Origin: the human T2T-CHM13v2.0 reference genome, Homo sapiens
Assembly (NCBI RefSeq): GCF_009914755.1
Contig: NC_060925.1
Strand: one strand, 5' to 3'
DNA: 64,000 nt
Positions 25,929 to 45,698 of the stretch are shown here, piece by piece. Under the pieces are notes generated by a model that made no database searches, was not told the origin of the DNA, and saw nothing but the letters and a program-made list of their open reading frames with translations. Each line of letters opens with the position of its first letter. Within the stretch, counting starts at the first letter, position 1. Both the position numbers and the translations under genes were made by a program.

Positions 25929-28070
25929 CTATCAATCAAATAAGTATATTTAGTGAAATTCTTATAAAACAAAGTGTATTTAGACTCTTAAGATAAACAT
26001 AAAAATTGAATAGACAAACATTTTACTTTAGAAATTTATACAAATCCCCAGATACTGAAATATAGACCACAATAAGCCTATGCCTGCATTGTTAAACCAT
26101 AGTAAGACATATTCTCTGATCTCAAAGAATTCAAAGATAATCATGAACTGTGTAGTATCCCCTTTGCACAAACTATCTTTAGAAGAAAAATAGTCCTAGA
26201 TAAATTTACACCAAAATCCTGACCAAGAACCAGAGTGTGAACTGTATTCACTTGAATAACAAAGTTTCAAGTTATTATGTCCTTGTATAAATATATGAAC
26301 TTAAGAGGTATTGGGAGGAAATTATCACAGGCTGATAGAATCAAGAAAATTTAGAGATGAAGGAGTTGTAACATGCCACTGAGTTCAAATGTATGCCCAC
26401 TAAAATGGTTTCTATTTAATATTGATAACATGTAATTATGCAGTGTCGGGGTAGAAAACTTATTTGCTTGAGAGATGGCCATTTATCCATGTCCCCTAAA
26501 ACTCCCCAAATGCAGTGCACCAGCATATAACCAAATAGCGCAAAATCATAAATACAAATATTAATATCATCAAATAAAAGGACTGTAATAACAAAACTGG
26601 AAACCTCCACATCACATGAATAAACAGGATTATTTGGATATGACTGTGTGAGCTAGAAGTTGCCAAAGTGTATTGCTATTTATGTTTTCTCTCTTAATCT
26701 AAAAAGGCACCTCAAGAGACATTGTTAAGAGCCTTGCTAAACCCAGATACATTACATAAAAGATTTTCCTCAAGTGTCATCTTACAAAACTTATATTAAA
26801 GAAAGTATGACATTGTTGGGCTAGTGAAATTATGACTCCAAAAGATGATAACTATCCCAGCCTTTGCTATAAACAGATGAGGGCCTGAGGCAGGACTTGG
26901 ATACCTGTTAGGTCAACATGACCAGGTCCAGTTGATGAACCATGTCGTGGGACAGTGGCATCTCAGGAGTTGTAGTAGAAGATGGTTCAAAATCAAATGA
27001 TGAATCAAAAATATAAGAAGGATTTTTAAAGTCTACTAGTTACTGCTTTCCTTTGTGAAGAAAAATATTTATTTAACATCAATTTTTGACTTTTGATAAG
27101 GGGTACCACAAAGAATCCTCCAAGATATCTTCTCATCTCATTTACAAATATATTATCTCAGTATTTATTTGTCCATTCCCAGGGTTTTGAACTTCTTCAA
27201 TTCCTATGATTTCTCACTAATTTGAGGCTTGATCTAGCTTTGAATTTTCTTAACAAACCTGTACTTTTATTAAAAATTAGGGGTTCATTCACTAATAAAG
27301 GGCATAAAAACTTTGAATAATTTGAAAAGAGTAGATCATTTCCTAATAAATCATCATCCATTCTTCCTAATTTTTCTTCTTTACAATGCTTACTTTAGTC
27401 TTTTTGCCCTAAGATCTTTCCTGTATTTGTTAACATTACCATATGTTTGCCAGGAACCAGACATAGCCTTCAATTTAATTGATAGAACATATATCTGAGC
27501 ATTTACACAGTGCAAATAACTATGCTAAGTTCTGGAGACTTTACTTTAGAATTAATACCTATATATATTTGTTTAAAGATTCCCATTCAGTAGGTCTTCT
27601 TCCTTATTCCTATTTTGTTTTGTTGCTTCCAATTCTTTTGAATGAAATTAATAGTTTTTTATTACTGTGGTCCAAGCACAAGCCTTCCAAACTATTAGAA
27701 AACTACTGGGGTGACAGGAGTTATGATTTTTCCTTATGGTAAATTCCCAAATCAATTTTACCCACATACACTATGCAATGAACTCCTTAGAGAATCATTG
27801 CTCTCAAACTGCTTTATTGCTACTTTAACTTGAGAATGACTAAAACCACTTCTCAATAGAGCTTCATATGCTGCTTTATTTTTTCACCTAAATGTTGATT
27901 TCATAAGTAATTTGAAAATAAGTATGTGAAATCTCTTAACAAAAGTCTATTATCTTTTTATCATAAAACCATAGATCAGAGCATTGAATCTTGTTCTATT
28001 AATTCTCAACCCTTCCTCCTTACTCTTCTAAAATTCAGTCTATAAAAAAATATACATTTAAAAATCCAGG

Positions 28071-28368
28071 GGCCAGGCACAGTGGTTCAGGTCTGTAATC
28101 CCAACACTTTGAGAGGCTGAGGTGGGAGGATCACTTGAGGCAGGAGTTCGAGACCAGCCTGGGCAATATGGCAAAACCACGTCTCTACAAAAAATAGAAT
28201 AATTAGCCAAGCATGGTGGTATGTTTCTTTGGTCCCAGCTACTTGGGAGATTCAGGTGGAAGGATCACTGGAGCCCTGGGAGGTCAAGACTGCAGTGAGC
28301 CATGATCATGTCACTGTACTTTAGCCTGGGCAACAGGGTGAGGCCTTGTCTCAAAAAAGAAAAATAAA
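28071..28368 (+). mobile_element. AluJ
   Basis: Diverged dimeric Alu with J features (ggaggtcaagactgcagtgagccatgatc); flanking aaaatcca repeat. Confidence 0.92.
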
Positions 28369-29284
28369 ATCCACTTGTGCTGCATAGACCTCCTTTATTT
28401 TCCTACCAATGGTACTGTTTATGTTTTAAAGAATGCATGTGTTTTATTAACTAATTTTTTCAATAAATTAATAAATACTTGCAGACATCATTGAGAGGGT
28501 TTGATCAATGTGTTAGATTTGTCCTTATTTTTAAGATACAACCTTGAGAAAAACACATTTTCTTACTCTCCTTTATTGACAGCTAATATTACTGTCCCTT
28601 TCAAATGTCACTTTGTACATAGGATCATTAAATATAACAAAGCTACCGTACAATCAGACAAAATTTCTTCAGGATATTAATTCCATGACAATTTCATCAT
28701 CTGTCACTATAATCGGTATTTTCAATGTCTTTTTTCCAACTTCCAAACAGTACCCAAATTGTCTTTGAAGTTTCAACAGTTTAACACATTCTTTGGATTT
28801 GTTCCTAAATACAAAATGTATGCTTGGTTAATTAGAATATGGTATAATAGAGTAAAAGCCAAGGTTTCAATAGGAGCATGACTTAGTTATTTTTGCTTCA
28901 TTTATGGCTATTTCCCACTAGAACATAACAAGAAAGAATAGAGGATACGAAAACACTTCTTTTTATGAAATAGTGTCTCTCCATGAGACCATATGTGTGT
29001 TGAGGTATATAGTTTCCATTTGTATTTTACTATTTTGTTGTTGTTCTCATATAGGTAAAAATATATTACCTAGAGAAAATAGGAAATATTATTATTATTT
29101 TCTTTGCAAAAATTTTACAATTCCTATTTTCTCAAGGTAATATAATTTTACCTATATGAGAACAACAACAAAATTCTACTATCAGCAGGGTTTTTTCTAA
29201 ATGCATTGCACTAAGATAACAGATAAATGAATAAATTGAAATAGTAGCTACTTACTTGCTAGTTAGGTACCAAGGAAAAGCTGA

Positions 29285-29582
<298 letters not shown>

Positions 29583-29866
29583 TGGAAAAGCTGATTTCTT
29601 TTTAGAAGAATCAGCTTTTAGCGGTTCTGTACTGTCTGCTGATGGACATGGAACAAATCTATTAAGTTTGCACATTAGTTACATCATCCATGTAAGAAGG
29701 ATATTCAGTTATTTAATCATTAATTTGCTTGCTAGTACCAGAATTGAATCAACATTGAATTTTGATACAATTTTTAAAAAGGGTTGTTTAGTTGAAGAGT
29801 TTACTATACAAAGACTAAGAAAAATACAAATTATAAGAGAAATCTAAGCCTAAGAAACTTACTTTA

Positions 29867-34380
<4,514 letters not shown>

Positions 34381-34810
34381 CAAACCTACTTTAAAAAAAT
34401 CTCTATTTTTCTTCCTCACACAATCACAAATTTTGTCTCATGATGAAGAATATGATGGATTATTGAGGAAGAAATATTAAAGGAACTGCAAATATAGTGA
34501 CTTTGCTGTATAAGGAGTAGTAAAATCAGAGCTCTTTTGTATATTTTCATTAGAATCTCAACAATTTCAGACAGTAACAAAAGTTGGAGGTAAGACAAGG
34601 ACCCAGATATTGTCAGCCAAAATCCTCCCCAGGTATTTATAACAGAATGGAAATCTCAAGTAAGAATATGGATATTCTGTATACTGTACATACATCAAAT
34701 GTTTTTATAGGAAACCACATGTTACATGTACATATGACATAATCAAATGCATGATAAGTATTTATTGCAAATTCATTGATATATTGTCTGTTAGATTGTT
34801 AAAGTCCTAC

Positions 34811-34927
34811 CATTTGAATCATATGCAGCTTTTCTCTTTGGAAATATATTTATGTAGTCTCCATCCATATTCATATGAGGATGAATATGTTTCATGTTAT
34901 ATGAATCAAAAAAGAAAACTTTGAGAG
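34811..34927 (-). CDS. ADGRL4: ADGRL4 exon 7 (GAIN region; not in ORF track)
   Basis: tttcag|CT CTC AAA GTT ... TCA AAT G|gtagga; 117 nt, phase 1-1; (A)LKVFFFDSYNMKHIHPHMNMDGDYINIFPKRKAAYDSN. Confidence 0.95.
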
Positions 34928-35612
34928 CTGAAACAAAACCATGAAAATAAAAAAAGTGAAATTACTTTAATCAATATACATCATAAATATATTAGCTTAG
35001 AGACAATTTCATCCATCATTATTGTGTTTCAAATTATTTATAACAAGTAGAGTGAACATTCTTAATGTGTTTGGACAATGTAATATATATGTTAAAAATC
35101 TGACTCAAGTTTTAATTTTTTAATTTCACTATGGCACTCATGGTTTAACTTTTTTTGCATTAAATAAAATATAATATGTGTATGTAACCAAGCAAGCTAT
35201 AAAATTATAATTACTAAAGCAAAGATAAGCAACTACAATGGCTTACAGAATAGTGTCTACAACTTACTAATGAGTGATTTAATTAAACGTTTGAGTGATA
35301 ATTCCTTTGACCTGCTGTATTATCACCATTTTCATGCAGAAACATTATAAAAATATAGAGCACCTATATATTAGTCATAATGCTTGAAACTTTGATTTAG
35401 AGTAAACGATGAATCCTGATGAGATTTTTGTAAATCTGCTGTTGCACAGCAGAATGCCAACCAGAAAATGCAATAAAGATGTCTGCAGTGATTATTTCAG
35501 CTAACTTACCTTGCTTCCTCAGAAAAACTTTATAGGGATCCTCAATTTGATACAAGATTCTGAATATTTTAAGTATGAATTTGCATGAAGCAGGAAACAT
35601 TCTAATTTGCTA

Positions 35613-35990
<378 letters not shown>

Positions 35991-36322
35991 TCATTGGTCA
36001 AGGTAGATCCTAACAAGTCATGAGATGATGGACTCAAAATGCCAAGGGAATAATGTACTCTGACCATTTAATGGCTGTACAGTTCAGGAATCAGAAAAGG
36101 TGGATATGATAGGAAGGAGACACTTGTGGATTTATCCTTTTGACTGGTACTTTATTCACAATGCTCTTGCAATATGCATCACCATTCATTTGTACACTGA
36201 TAAAACTACTTTCAATGTAATCAATACTAGTTTCAACACCATGCCTCCTAACCCCACCCAAAACTTTGAAAATGGCTTATCTGGAAAACACAATTACTTT
36301 TAAATGGACCCTTGTTTCTTAC

Positions 36323-36506
36323 CTATATCCGTTGAATTTGTATCAAACTCTGTGGTCTTTTGGAAGCTCTGGGATATCCTTAAAGTAGCTTGTTCAACAG
36401 TGTGCATGAGTTTTGTAAGATGTGTTCTCCTATGATTCACAGATAACTTGTCCCAAACTACAAATGTATCCCTTTGAACAAAATTATTCACGGTTTTTAC
36501 AAATTC
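36323..36506 (-). CDS. ADGRL4: ADGRL4 exon 6 (GAIN region)
   Basis: caatag|GAA TTT GTA ... GAT ATA G|gtaaga; 184 nt; EFVKTVNNFVQRDTFVVWDK...TNSTDI; follows a 109-nt intron. Confidence 0.96.
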
Positions 36507-36615
36507 CTATTGAAAAAAAGTATGTCTTTTAGAAATGTTGGAATCCTACACTATTCACAAATGAAAGGAAAAATTCAAAGCGCAATTATATTGAGTTAAA
36601 GCTGAACATACTTAC

Positions 36616-36795
36616 AGTAAGAGTTGAGTTAGAAAGGGTGTCCTTGGCTGAGATAGTGTTGTTCTTGTAACCTAGTAATGAAGATGATTCAGCTAATATT
36701 TCTATATATGTAATTATATCTGTTGGTGAAAGATCTGTCACAGAATTTCTATAGACTTCTTGTAGCAAAGCCACAGGTTCTTTTATGGATCTGAT
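36616..36795 (-). CDS. ADGRL4: ADGRL4 exon 5 (GAIN region)
   Basis: ttctcag|ATC AGA TCC ... CTT ACT|gtaagt; 180 nt; IRSIKEPVALLQEVYRN...SNSTLT. Confidence 0.96.
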
Positions 36796-37704
36796 CTGAG
36801 AAAAAATGAGTCCAGAAAAAGGAAACTAAATTAGTTCTACTGGAGTTTTACAAGAATAAAACTTACATGTTAAATTTACCCTGAGGTTGGTTTCCTTGGT
36901 CTACACATAAATAATATCAAACTAATAAACCTAAACCATAACATGCATCATTGAAACCTGAATTTATTTACAAGAGATTAGCAAATAACTTAAAAGCCTA
37001 GACTTGACTTTAGAAAAGAAATAGAGCATGTTTGAATTAATAATTTTTTTTAAATGAGCTTTCAAAATAACTTCCTATTCTTCAGTATAGAATTATATCC
37101 TAGCCAATGAATCTACCTTAATACTTAAACTTCTTAGTACTTATAAATATTGATATCCTAAGCAATAAATGATAATACTTTAAATTAGATTTTAATCAAC
37201 CAAAGAAAATTCTTTACAATGTGATTAAGTGAAAATTTGCTTTAAACTGACAGTTTATTACTCATGTTGAGATTCACATTTTCAATCATACGACAATTAT
37301 TTTATAAATCACCTACTTTATTTGCTCTTTGAATGTTCACTTTGAAGTACCAAATCTAGGTGCGTTCAATTATGTCTACTTAGAATGTGGGAATGGGTCT
37401 AGAGTCAAAGTATCTCTTTACTATTTTTTAATCAACATTTTTTACACAAAAAGAATTTTCCAACATATGGAGTAATGAAAATGTAGCATATGAAATATGT
37501 AAAAGGCCTCTTGAATAATTTGAGGATTTTCAAATTAACCCTATCTTTGATGCAAACATGATGCTTAGATCTCTATATGTAAACGTTTTCGACTCTCCCT
37601 AAAGTTTGACAACTGTTTACTCTTCTTGAAATGTGTGACATTGAAAGCATTTTAATTGAAACCAAAATGTCAAAATAAAATAAATTGTTAACTGTTCTAC
37701 TTAC

Positions 37705-37775
37705 TTTTGTTAAAGTTTTATTAATATTTGCAGCTATACAGACATTATCTAAATGGCAGTTTGCATTCACATTTT
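37705..37775 (-). CDS. ADGRL4: ADGRL4 exon 4
   Basis: ttttacag|AA AAT GTG AAT ... ACA AAA|gtaagt; 71 nt; (E)NVNANCHLDNVCIAANINKTLTK. Confidence 0.96.
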
Positions 37776-38165
37776 CTGTAAAAAAAGAAAATAGATTATA
37801 CAGTCAGTTTTAAAAAGTATTTTTCCTAAGCTGATCATATCAATCCCAATGATCTTTCTCACTTATTTAAATATTAAAAAGACATTCTCTAACACTTGAA
37901 TTTCCTCTTCAGTTTTAGAATGTGCAATATTTTACAGAAAATGAAATAAAAGGGTTTTAAGGGCCAAGAAATGTTAGTTCCATAAAATATTATCTACAAT
38001 TTTGATTAAATTAAAAAAAATAGGCTTTCATTTCTTTGTTCCATAGAAGATAAAGGAATGCAGGCACATTTCTTGGAAGATGTAGCTCTGTGATACTTCA
38101 CAACTGTGTACTACATATTTTATATAGTTCTTTGATCATACATAAAATTTAATAATGTAATTTAC

Positions 38166-38315
38166 ATTGGCAGTAAGCGCCATCATTATGTGTGAACTGT
38201 GATTTTCCTGTGGATGTCTGATAACCTTCTTTGCAGGAGCAGTTATACCCACCATTCACATTTTCACATATGGAATGATCATCACAGACAACTGACTCAC
38301 TGCACTCATCTATAT
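38166..38315 (-). pseudogene. ADGRL4: Vestigial/skipped extra EGF-Ca exon of ADGRL4 (pseudo-exon or poison exon)
   Basis: tttccag|AT ATA GAT GAG TGC ... TAC TGC CAA T|gtaaat; 150 nt; DIDECSESVVCDDHSICENVNGGYNCSCKEGYQTSTGKSQFTHNDGAYCQ with six Cys. Joining to exon 4 gives T+AA = stop. Confidence 0.88.
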
Positions 38316-40432
38316 CTGGAAATACTAATATTTGAAAAAATGTTTTAGTGCTCATATGCCTGCTACCTTGTTGAAAATAGTGTTACTTATGATTAGCAGT
38401 TTCATGTCAAATTTTACAAGAAAGCAAGAGAAATACTATCATTTAGACAATGGCAGAACAAACTTAGATGCATATACTTTTTAACTTTAATTCCTCCAAT
38501 CAATTTTGACAGAGTATTGAAAATATTATTCATGGGCCAAATTCTCAAATTGCTTTCTGAATTGCGTGATTAATCAACAAAGTCATTACAGAAATTTCCA
38601 TCATTGATGATGTAACATTTAGTTCTAATTTAACAAAGACCCAATTTAAGAAACACATTTAAACTTATTTGTTTTCTAGTATTAAACTAAACTGATTTCA
38701 ACAACTCAGTGTAATCTGGAGGATAAAAGAGCGACCTGATTTCTTTCCAAAGCTTCATTTTTGCATTTAAGTTAACCTAAAAAACTAAGATATAGCAGAA
38801 CGTGTGATTGAATTCCCTTAAAATTTTACCACAACTTATTACTTTTGTTCAAGGTTATATTTTACTATGGTTCTTCATACACAATCATCATAAATAAAGT
38901 AATACATTATATAGAATTAAGTCTTACATTCTCAAAAGCCATGTATTGAGGCTGTAATAAAGGTGCTGGGTTTTAAGCTTACATAGTATATATTCTTAAT
39001 TTAAAACTTTACTTACTACAGTGAAATATGCTTCACATTATAAGTACAGTATAAATAATCTGCCACTAGAGAAAAGATTCTAAGGAACTGAGGAGTCTAG
39101 ATCATTACCTTGAATTAATGCAAAAATTTTTATGTTTCTACCCCAGGTTTGACGTCTTAAAGATACTTTATATTAAATTAATAAATGAACATCTAACCTT
39201 AAATTTATAATGTAATTTATTTAAAACTAATAGGGTGGCATAATACTGTTTGCTGTAGAAAAAGGGTGTGTAACCAAAGTCTAATTTAAAATGTCATCTA
39301 GCTAGTTATCTTAAATGCAGGTGTTCGTAATTTCTCACTCAAAAATCCAACAAAAAGACCTAGAAAACACATCCAAATTCACACCACCAAAACTGAAAAT
39401 GGAAAGTGAGCCTCTTGCTAGATTCTTAAAGAAAGCTCCATTCACTAGAAAGGTGATGGTACTAGATTTAAGAGGTCAGCTAATAGCCCAGGCCTAAAAG
39501 GTTAGAACAGTTCTTGTTCTTCTGACAAGTATATATATTCAAAATCTGTACTACCCAGAAATATGAGCACACCACTTCCAAAGAAACACAAATGCTCCTG
39601 TAGCACCCTCACCCCTCATCCTCTATTTCTAAGTGTATTCAGGAACTACCACTCCACAGAAATGAATGAACAGAAAATAAAGTAGGGGAGAAGTAATGAC
39701 AAGTGAGCTTGGGATATGGAGAACCATCAAGGAAAGCATTCTAGGCTGGGCTAAAGACAGAAGCACTCAGATGGTAGTGCAGACTAGGGTTATCACTTGT
39801 CATGAAATCAATGAAGTGAGAAAGCTATATAGGACTAAAGCAAAGATGAGTCTTTTTTAGAGCAGAACTGCTGAAGTATGAAATGTTATACTCCAACTGG
39901 GAAAACACCCCAATGAAAGTGTGAATAAACCCATGAAGTATCATAAACAACACCAAAAAAAATTTATTTCATGAGCAAGAAAACTACTATGTTCTTTGAA
40001 TACCCTTGTTTTGTAGTTGAGATGCCTTCTATAGGTAACAGTAAACAAGGTGGTTTTTTCTCTCAATTTCAATCCCCCTTTTTTTTTAAATGTGCAACAG
40101 TCTTAGAAACTTTATTCCAAACCCAATCTCTGAGAAACACAAAAATCTTGGCTCCATGGACTCAATTTCCATCCTCCTTCTTGCACTTTGAACTTAAATG
40201 TCCAGTGAAACTGGCTTGTCTACAGTGAATGTGCCTGTCATTTTGCAGCAAGATCCACACTAATTTCTCTTGCAATCTCTTGCAGGTTCAAATGGCTAAA
40301 ACCTACGGTTTCCTCTTTCCTGCAGGAAAAGTCTCCGGGATTGCTAATTAGAAGATCTAAATTCAAATCCCGACTATAACACTTATGAGCTGTGTGATAA
40401 CCTTGGGTAATATCTTAAAAAGACACCTTCTA

Positions 40433-40702
40433 GGCCCGGCGCAGTGGCTTTCGCCTGTAATCCCAGCACTTTGGGAGGCCGAGGCGGGTGGATCACGAGG
40501 TCAGGAGATCGAGACCATCCTGGCTAACACGGTGACACCCCGTCTCTACTAAAAATACAAAAAATTAGCCAGGCATGGGTGGCAGGTGCCTGTAGTCCCT
40601 GCTGCTCGGGAGGCTGAGGCAGGAGAATGGCATGAACCTGGGAGCGCCACTGCACTCCAGCCTGGGTGACAGAGCGAGACTCCGTCTCAAAAAAAAAAAA
40701 AA
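40433..40702 (+). mobile_element. AluY with ~26 nt right-arm deletion
   Basis: Y diagnostics (accatcctggctaacacggtg, ggagaatggc); perfect TSD aaaaagacaccttcta. Confidence 0.93.
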
Positions 40703-41149
40703 AGACACCTTCTAATCCAAAAGAGTTCTACCTCATCAACAAATAAGAAAATGTATGGGAAGGTGGAATAGTGCCTAGGATATAGTTGCCACCTGATACT
40801 GTAACTGGAAAATCAGGACTGGTGATTCTACTCATATTGCATATTTTCCTAATAGCAGGAGCCTTGTGACTAAGTATGTTTGAAGATACAGATAAATAAA
40901 GAGTGTTTTCTTCTAGGTTACCATGTCTTGGTAATCTCCAAATCTATTAAAAAAGAAACCTCTTTCCTATCTTAATGAAAGCTAAATCTCTGTTAGGTAA
41001 TTATTTAAGTCAGGCTAGATTTGACAGACCTGATTTACTGATTGACCCACTTTCCTCACTACCAACTTATTTGATTTTAAACTAATAATTTGATATCACT
41101 AAATGCAAGCATATCATTAACAAACAATCTTAACTCATTTTTATTAATA

Positions 41150-41509
<360 letters not shown>

Positions 41510-43233
41510 TTATCATAATCTTCTTTCAAAACATGACCATATGATGGTTATGATTCTTATAATTATGATCAATAATACAGTTTTCTAATGCGTAACTCAC
41601 AGATTGCCAAAGAAAGATAAAATGTTCAATTATAGTAAATTATTTTCAAAGACAAAATTTAATATTATTCAAAGCTAGAAAAAAAAATCTACAATTATCA
41701 TCGAGTGCTCCAGGCAGTAGGACATTACAAGCAGTAAACAATGCTCTAAAACACATGGTGAAATTGAAGGAATTCATGGCTTCTATTAATTTGGTTTTAG
41801 GAGATTGACTTTACTATTGGATGCCTCAGCTTCCCCTTGTGAAATTCTTGTGTGTAACTAGGTTTCTCAGGAGCTGGACTTCTGAAGTTCTGTTTTACTG
41901 TGATTCAAAGAGGAGGAGAAATATGTGCAGTGCTAAATCTCACCCAGCGCTTTCTGCAGCAAAATGAACTTATGTGTCGAAAATAGTATTTGAATATGGA
42001 CTAAAGGTAAAGAATTTTGCTTGGATTATTTCTTGCCCTGTATCAAAGTCTTCCATTTTTTATTCATAGAGATTTTAATGACTATAATTACCAGAAATGT
42101 CAAATTTAAGGATAAGCTAAAATTTGAAATCAGAAGCAATACACTGTAAGGTGATATACTAACGCAAAAGGGAGTAGATTTATGTTTCTCTGTTCAAATT
42201 CCCTGAGGATTATGATATTGTGCAACGAAAATTACTGCAGGACTGAAATAAAAAGAAATAGCTGCACTGCTTTTCAAAAAAGCTTAATCCTTAAAGACAA
42301 CAAAAATTGATGAGAAATAACATTTTTCTAGAGAATGAATTTTTCACTGAATAATCCATCAAACAAAACAGGTAGAAACAGAAGGGCTCAATATTGGGTA
42401 TTGGGCTTTAATAAGGTTAGTGCATTTACTGACTACTTAAAATAGCTAAAAATGGAATTAGCACAAACTCAGGCCCATTCCACCTTACCACAATAGAAAT
42501 TGAGTATCAAGAGAAAGAGTCTTCAATTACAAATATACTACCTCCATAAAATGTTGCCATTCAGTAATCTTTGTGTGTTTTTGTTTTCTCTGTATTTATG
42601 ATTCAGTGTTTTCTAATGCAGAAATTCTCTACTTCAAGGAACATGAACCGAGAAATGTAGCCCTTTGTGAGTTGAGGGTTATTAAAAGTAAACATGATCA
42701 GATAAAAAGACAGATGTCTTCTACAGACAAGAGACATTAGGGAATGGAGAGCACAGTTAAAACTGTATTAAATTACAGTGATTAAGATGTTACAAGTTAG
42801 ACTTCTTCACTAACTGGAACATTTCCACTAAAGCTTGCAGGGCTGCATATTAGAACTGAACTACCAAAGGTAAAAAGCACATTATATGACATTCTAAGAC
42901 TAGTAACAAGAATATAGGCTTGAGAAGAACAAACAGTGAAGTACTGTAAGTTTTCTGGGCAGAATATCATTGATTCCTATTTCCTGAGAATGTTGTTATG
43001 CTATATTGCAATAAAACTTTTTTCTAGAAACACTAAAGGTAAAATTACCATTCAACAGTAATAGCATTGTTTTCTCATATTTTAAATATTTTATACCCTT
43101 GCAAAGCTTGATCGGCTGTATTTGGATGATTCAGATCAAAGTGATATTTAAATGGTCTACTACACATTTAAGTATTCCATGGAAATAACAAAGGGTTTTT
43201 AGATACAAGACTGTGAGTGTAGCCTTACCTTTA

Positions 43234-43753
<520 letters not shown>

Positions 43754-44794
43754 TTAGATTAACTTGAATATCTATCTCTTTTATCTAACTATATCATTTA
43801 GAAGCAGCGCATTACCCTTCTCTATGTTGCATGTAGGTTCCTGAATTCTAGTCCCATGTCTAACCTTGGCTACATGATTACATTCTCAGGGCCTCAGCAT
43901 ACCTATTAATTTTGTAGATTACCAATCATAATTATAATAGTTATTGATAAGTTGAATATTTTTTAGAAACCATGCTTAAGATTATTTAAAATTTATTTTC
44001 AAAATTAAAGTCTTTGGCTCCAGAGAATTTGCTTCTGAAAATTATTCATCTGTTGAAGTTTATAAATAATTATTTTTTCTCAGGCTGTAATCCAGTTCTC
44101 TAGGATCTGATAAATCACATGCATGACCAAATTACAATAGAAGGATATTTTTAAAAATTGTCTAGGTACTCCCTTCAGACACACAATAAGTGAACAATCA
44201 CTTAAAAATTACATTGAAATTATTTCCCCTACAAAGGACATTTTAGTGACCCTACATGATTTTATAAAGAATTTTCTGACTCTAGTGTTCAGAAAAACTT
44301 AATGCATATCTGAAGTGTGACTTTTATTAAAGCAGAGGTAAAACCACTAGAACAATTATTTTATAAATGATGATTGTCTGAAAAATATGTAGAACCCATC
44401 ACAGAGTGCATATTTACAAAGGCCTCAGTATCTTTTAATGCAAATGACAATTTTCTTGGAGTATTTTATTATTCTAAAGTGTAAACATTTATTCTGTTGT
44501 TTGCCACTATACTAGATCTCATGACTCCATGAACATTTCTCTCACTTTCTTTTATTTATTTATTTTTGCAAACTTATTCTCTCAAAAATTAAACCTTCTC
44601 CCTGTATCCTTGGATAACTATCCCACAGACTTTAAAACACTGGAGAAATAAGGACATTAATTAAATTTCTGAAAGTACTTAACACGTAGGGTACGATCAA
44701 GGTCTGGCAGAATTTGGTTTGAATATGTTTAACCTCTGGAGGTAACAAACAATAAGAGATATATACAAATTCTAACTTAGATAACCAAACTTAC

Positions 44795-44947
44795 CTATAC
44801 AGACGGTTCCATCATTAGTGATAAACCTGTCTTGGTTACTGCTGGATCTGAAGCCAGGTACACACATACAATAATAACTTCCTTCTGTGTTAGTGCAATT
44901 AGCATTTTCGCCACAGGACTGAGTTAAATTTCCACATTCATTATCAT
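44795..44947 (-). CDS. ADGRL4: ADGRL4 exon 3, Ca-binding EGF domain
   Basis: ccaacag|AT GAT AAT GAA TGT ... TGT ATA G|gtaagt; 153 nt, phase 1-1; DDNECGNLTQSCGENANCTNTEGSYYCMCVPGF...NDGTVCI. Confidence 0.97.
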
Positions 44948-45698
44948 CTGTTGGCATATGAATTTAAAAGATTATTTTTATATAATTGACATAAATTTTG
45001 ACTATTTTCCATCAGTATTTTGGAATATTGACTGTTAGATAGTTTAAGGTATGTGATGTTTATATCTACAAACCTTAGTGCTAAAGAATCCATATTCCAC
45101 ACTTCCTTATTCTTGTTTATAATATGAGATCTTCTTTGTAGTTGCAAAGCAAAATAGGATCTCTTACTTTAAAAGCACTAGATATAACTATTAAATCTAT
45201 ATGGCAATATCTTTCAAATTTTTACATATAATTTAATTATAACTATGTCAACAAATATAAGCTCACTTTGAATTTATAGTACTCTTCATAATCCATCAAA
45301 AGCACAACATAAATTAAAAATGAAAAATCAGAAATTACAAATTGACATGTTGTTATCATGTACTATTTATTTCATCCACTGTTCCACAGAAAAAATTTGC
45401 ATTACTTGGCACACAATCTTTTCATGTATTCATTAATGCATTTATTTCCAACTATATGCATTATATTGTTCCACAGAATAGTATGCAATACAAAAAATTA
45501 AAAGTAAATAATATAGTCTTTACCTTTATACTCTTACAATATAATTTATCAGGGAAGATAAAGGTTCATAAAACCTTTTTAAACATCAGAGAGCAGATTT
45601 ATATTATCTGTCAAATAAATTGATTGGAAAATATGTGCTTCTCAGAGATGATCATAATGGTCTGGAGGAGGAGAATATTTTCCAGTGACATGAAACCC

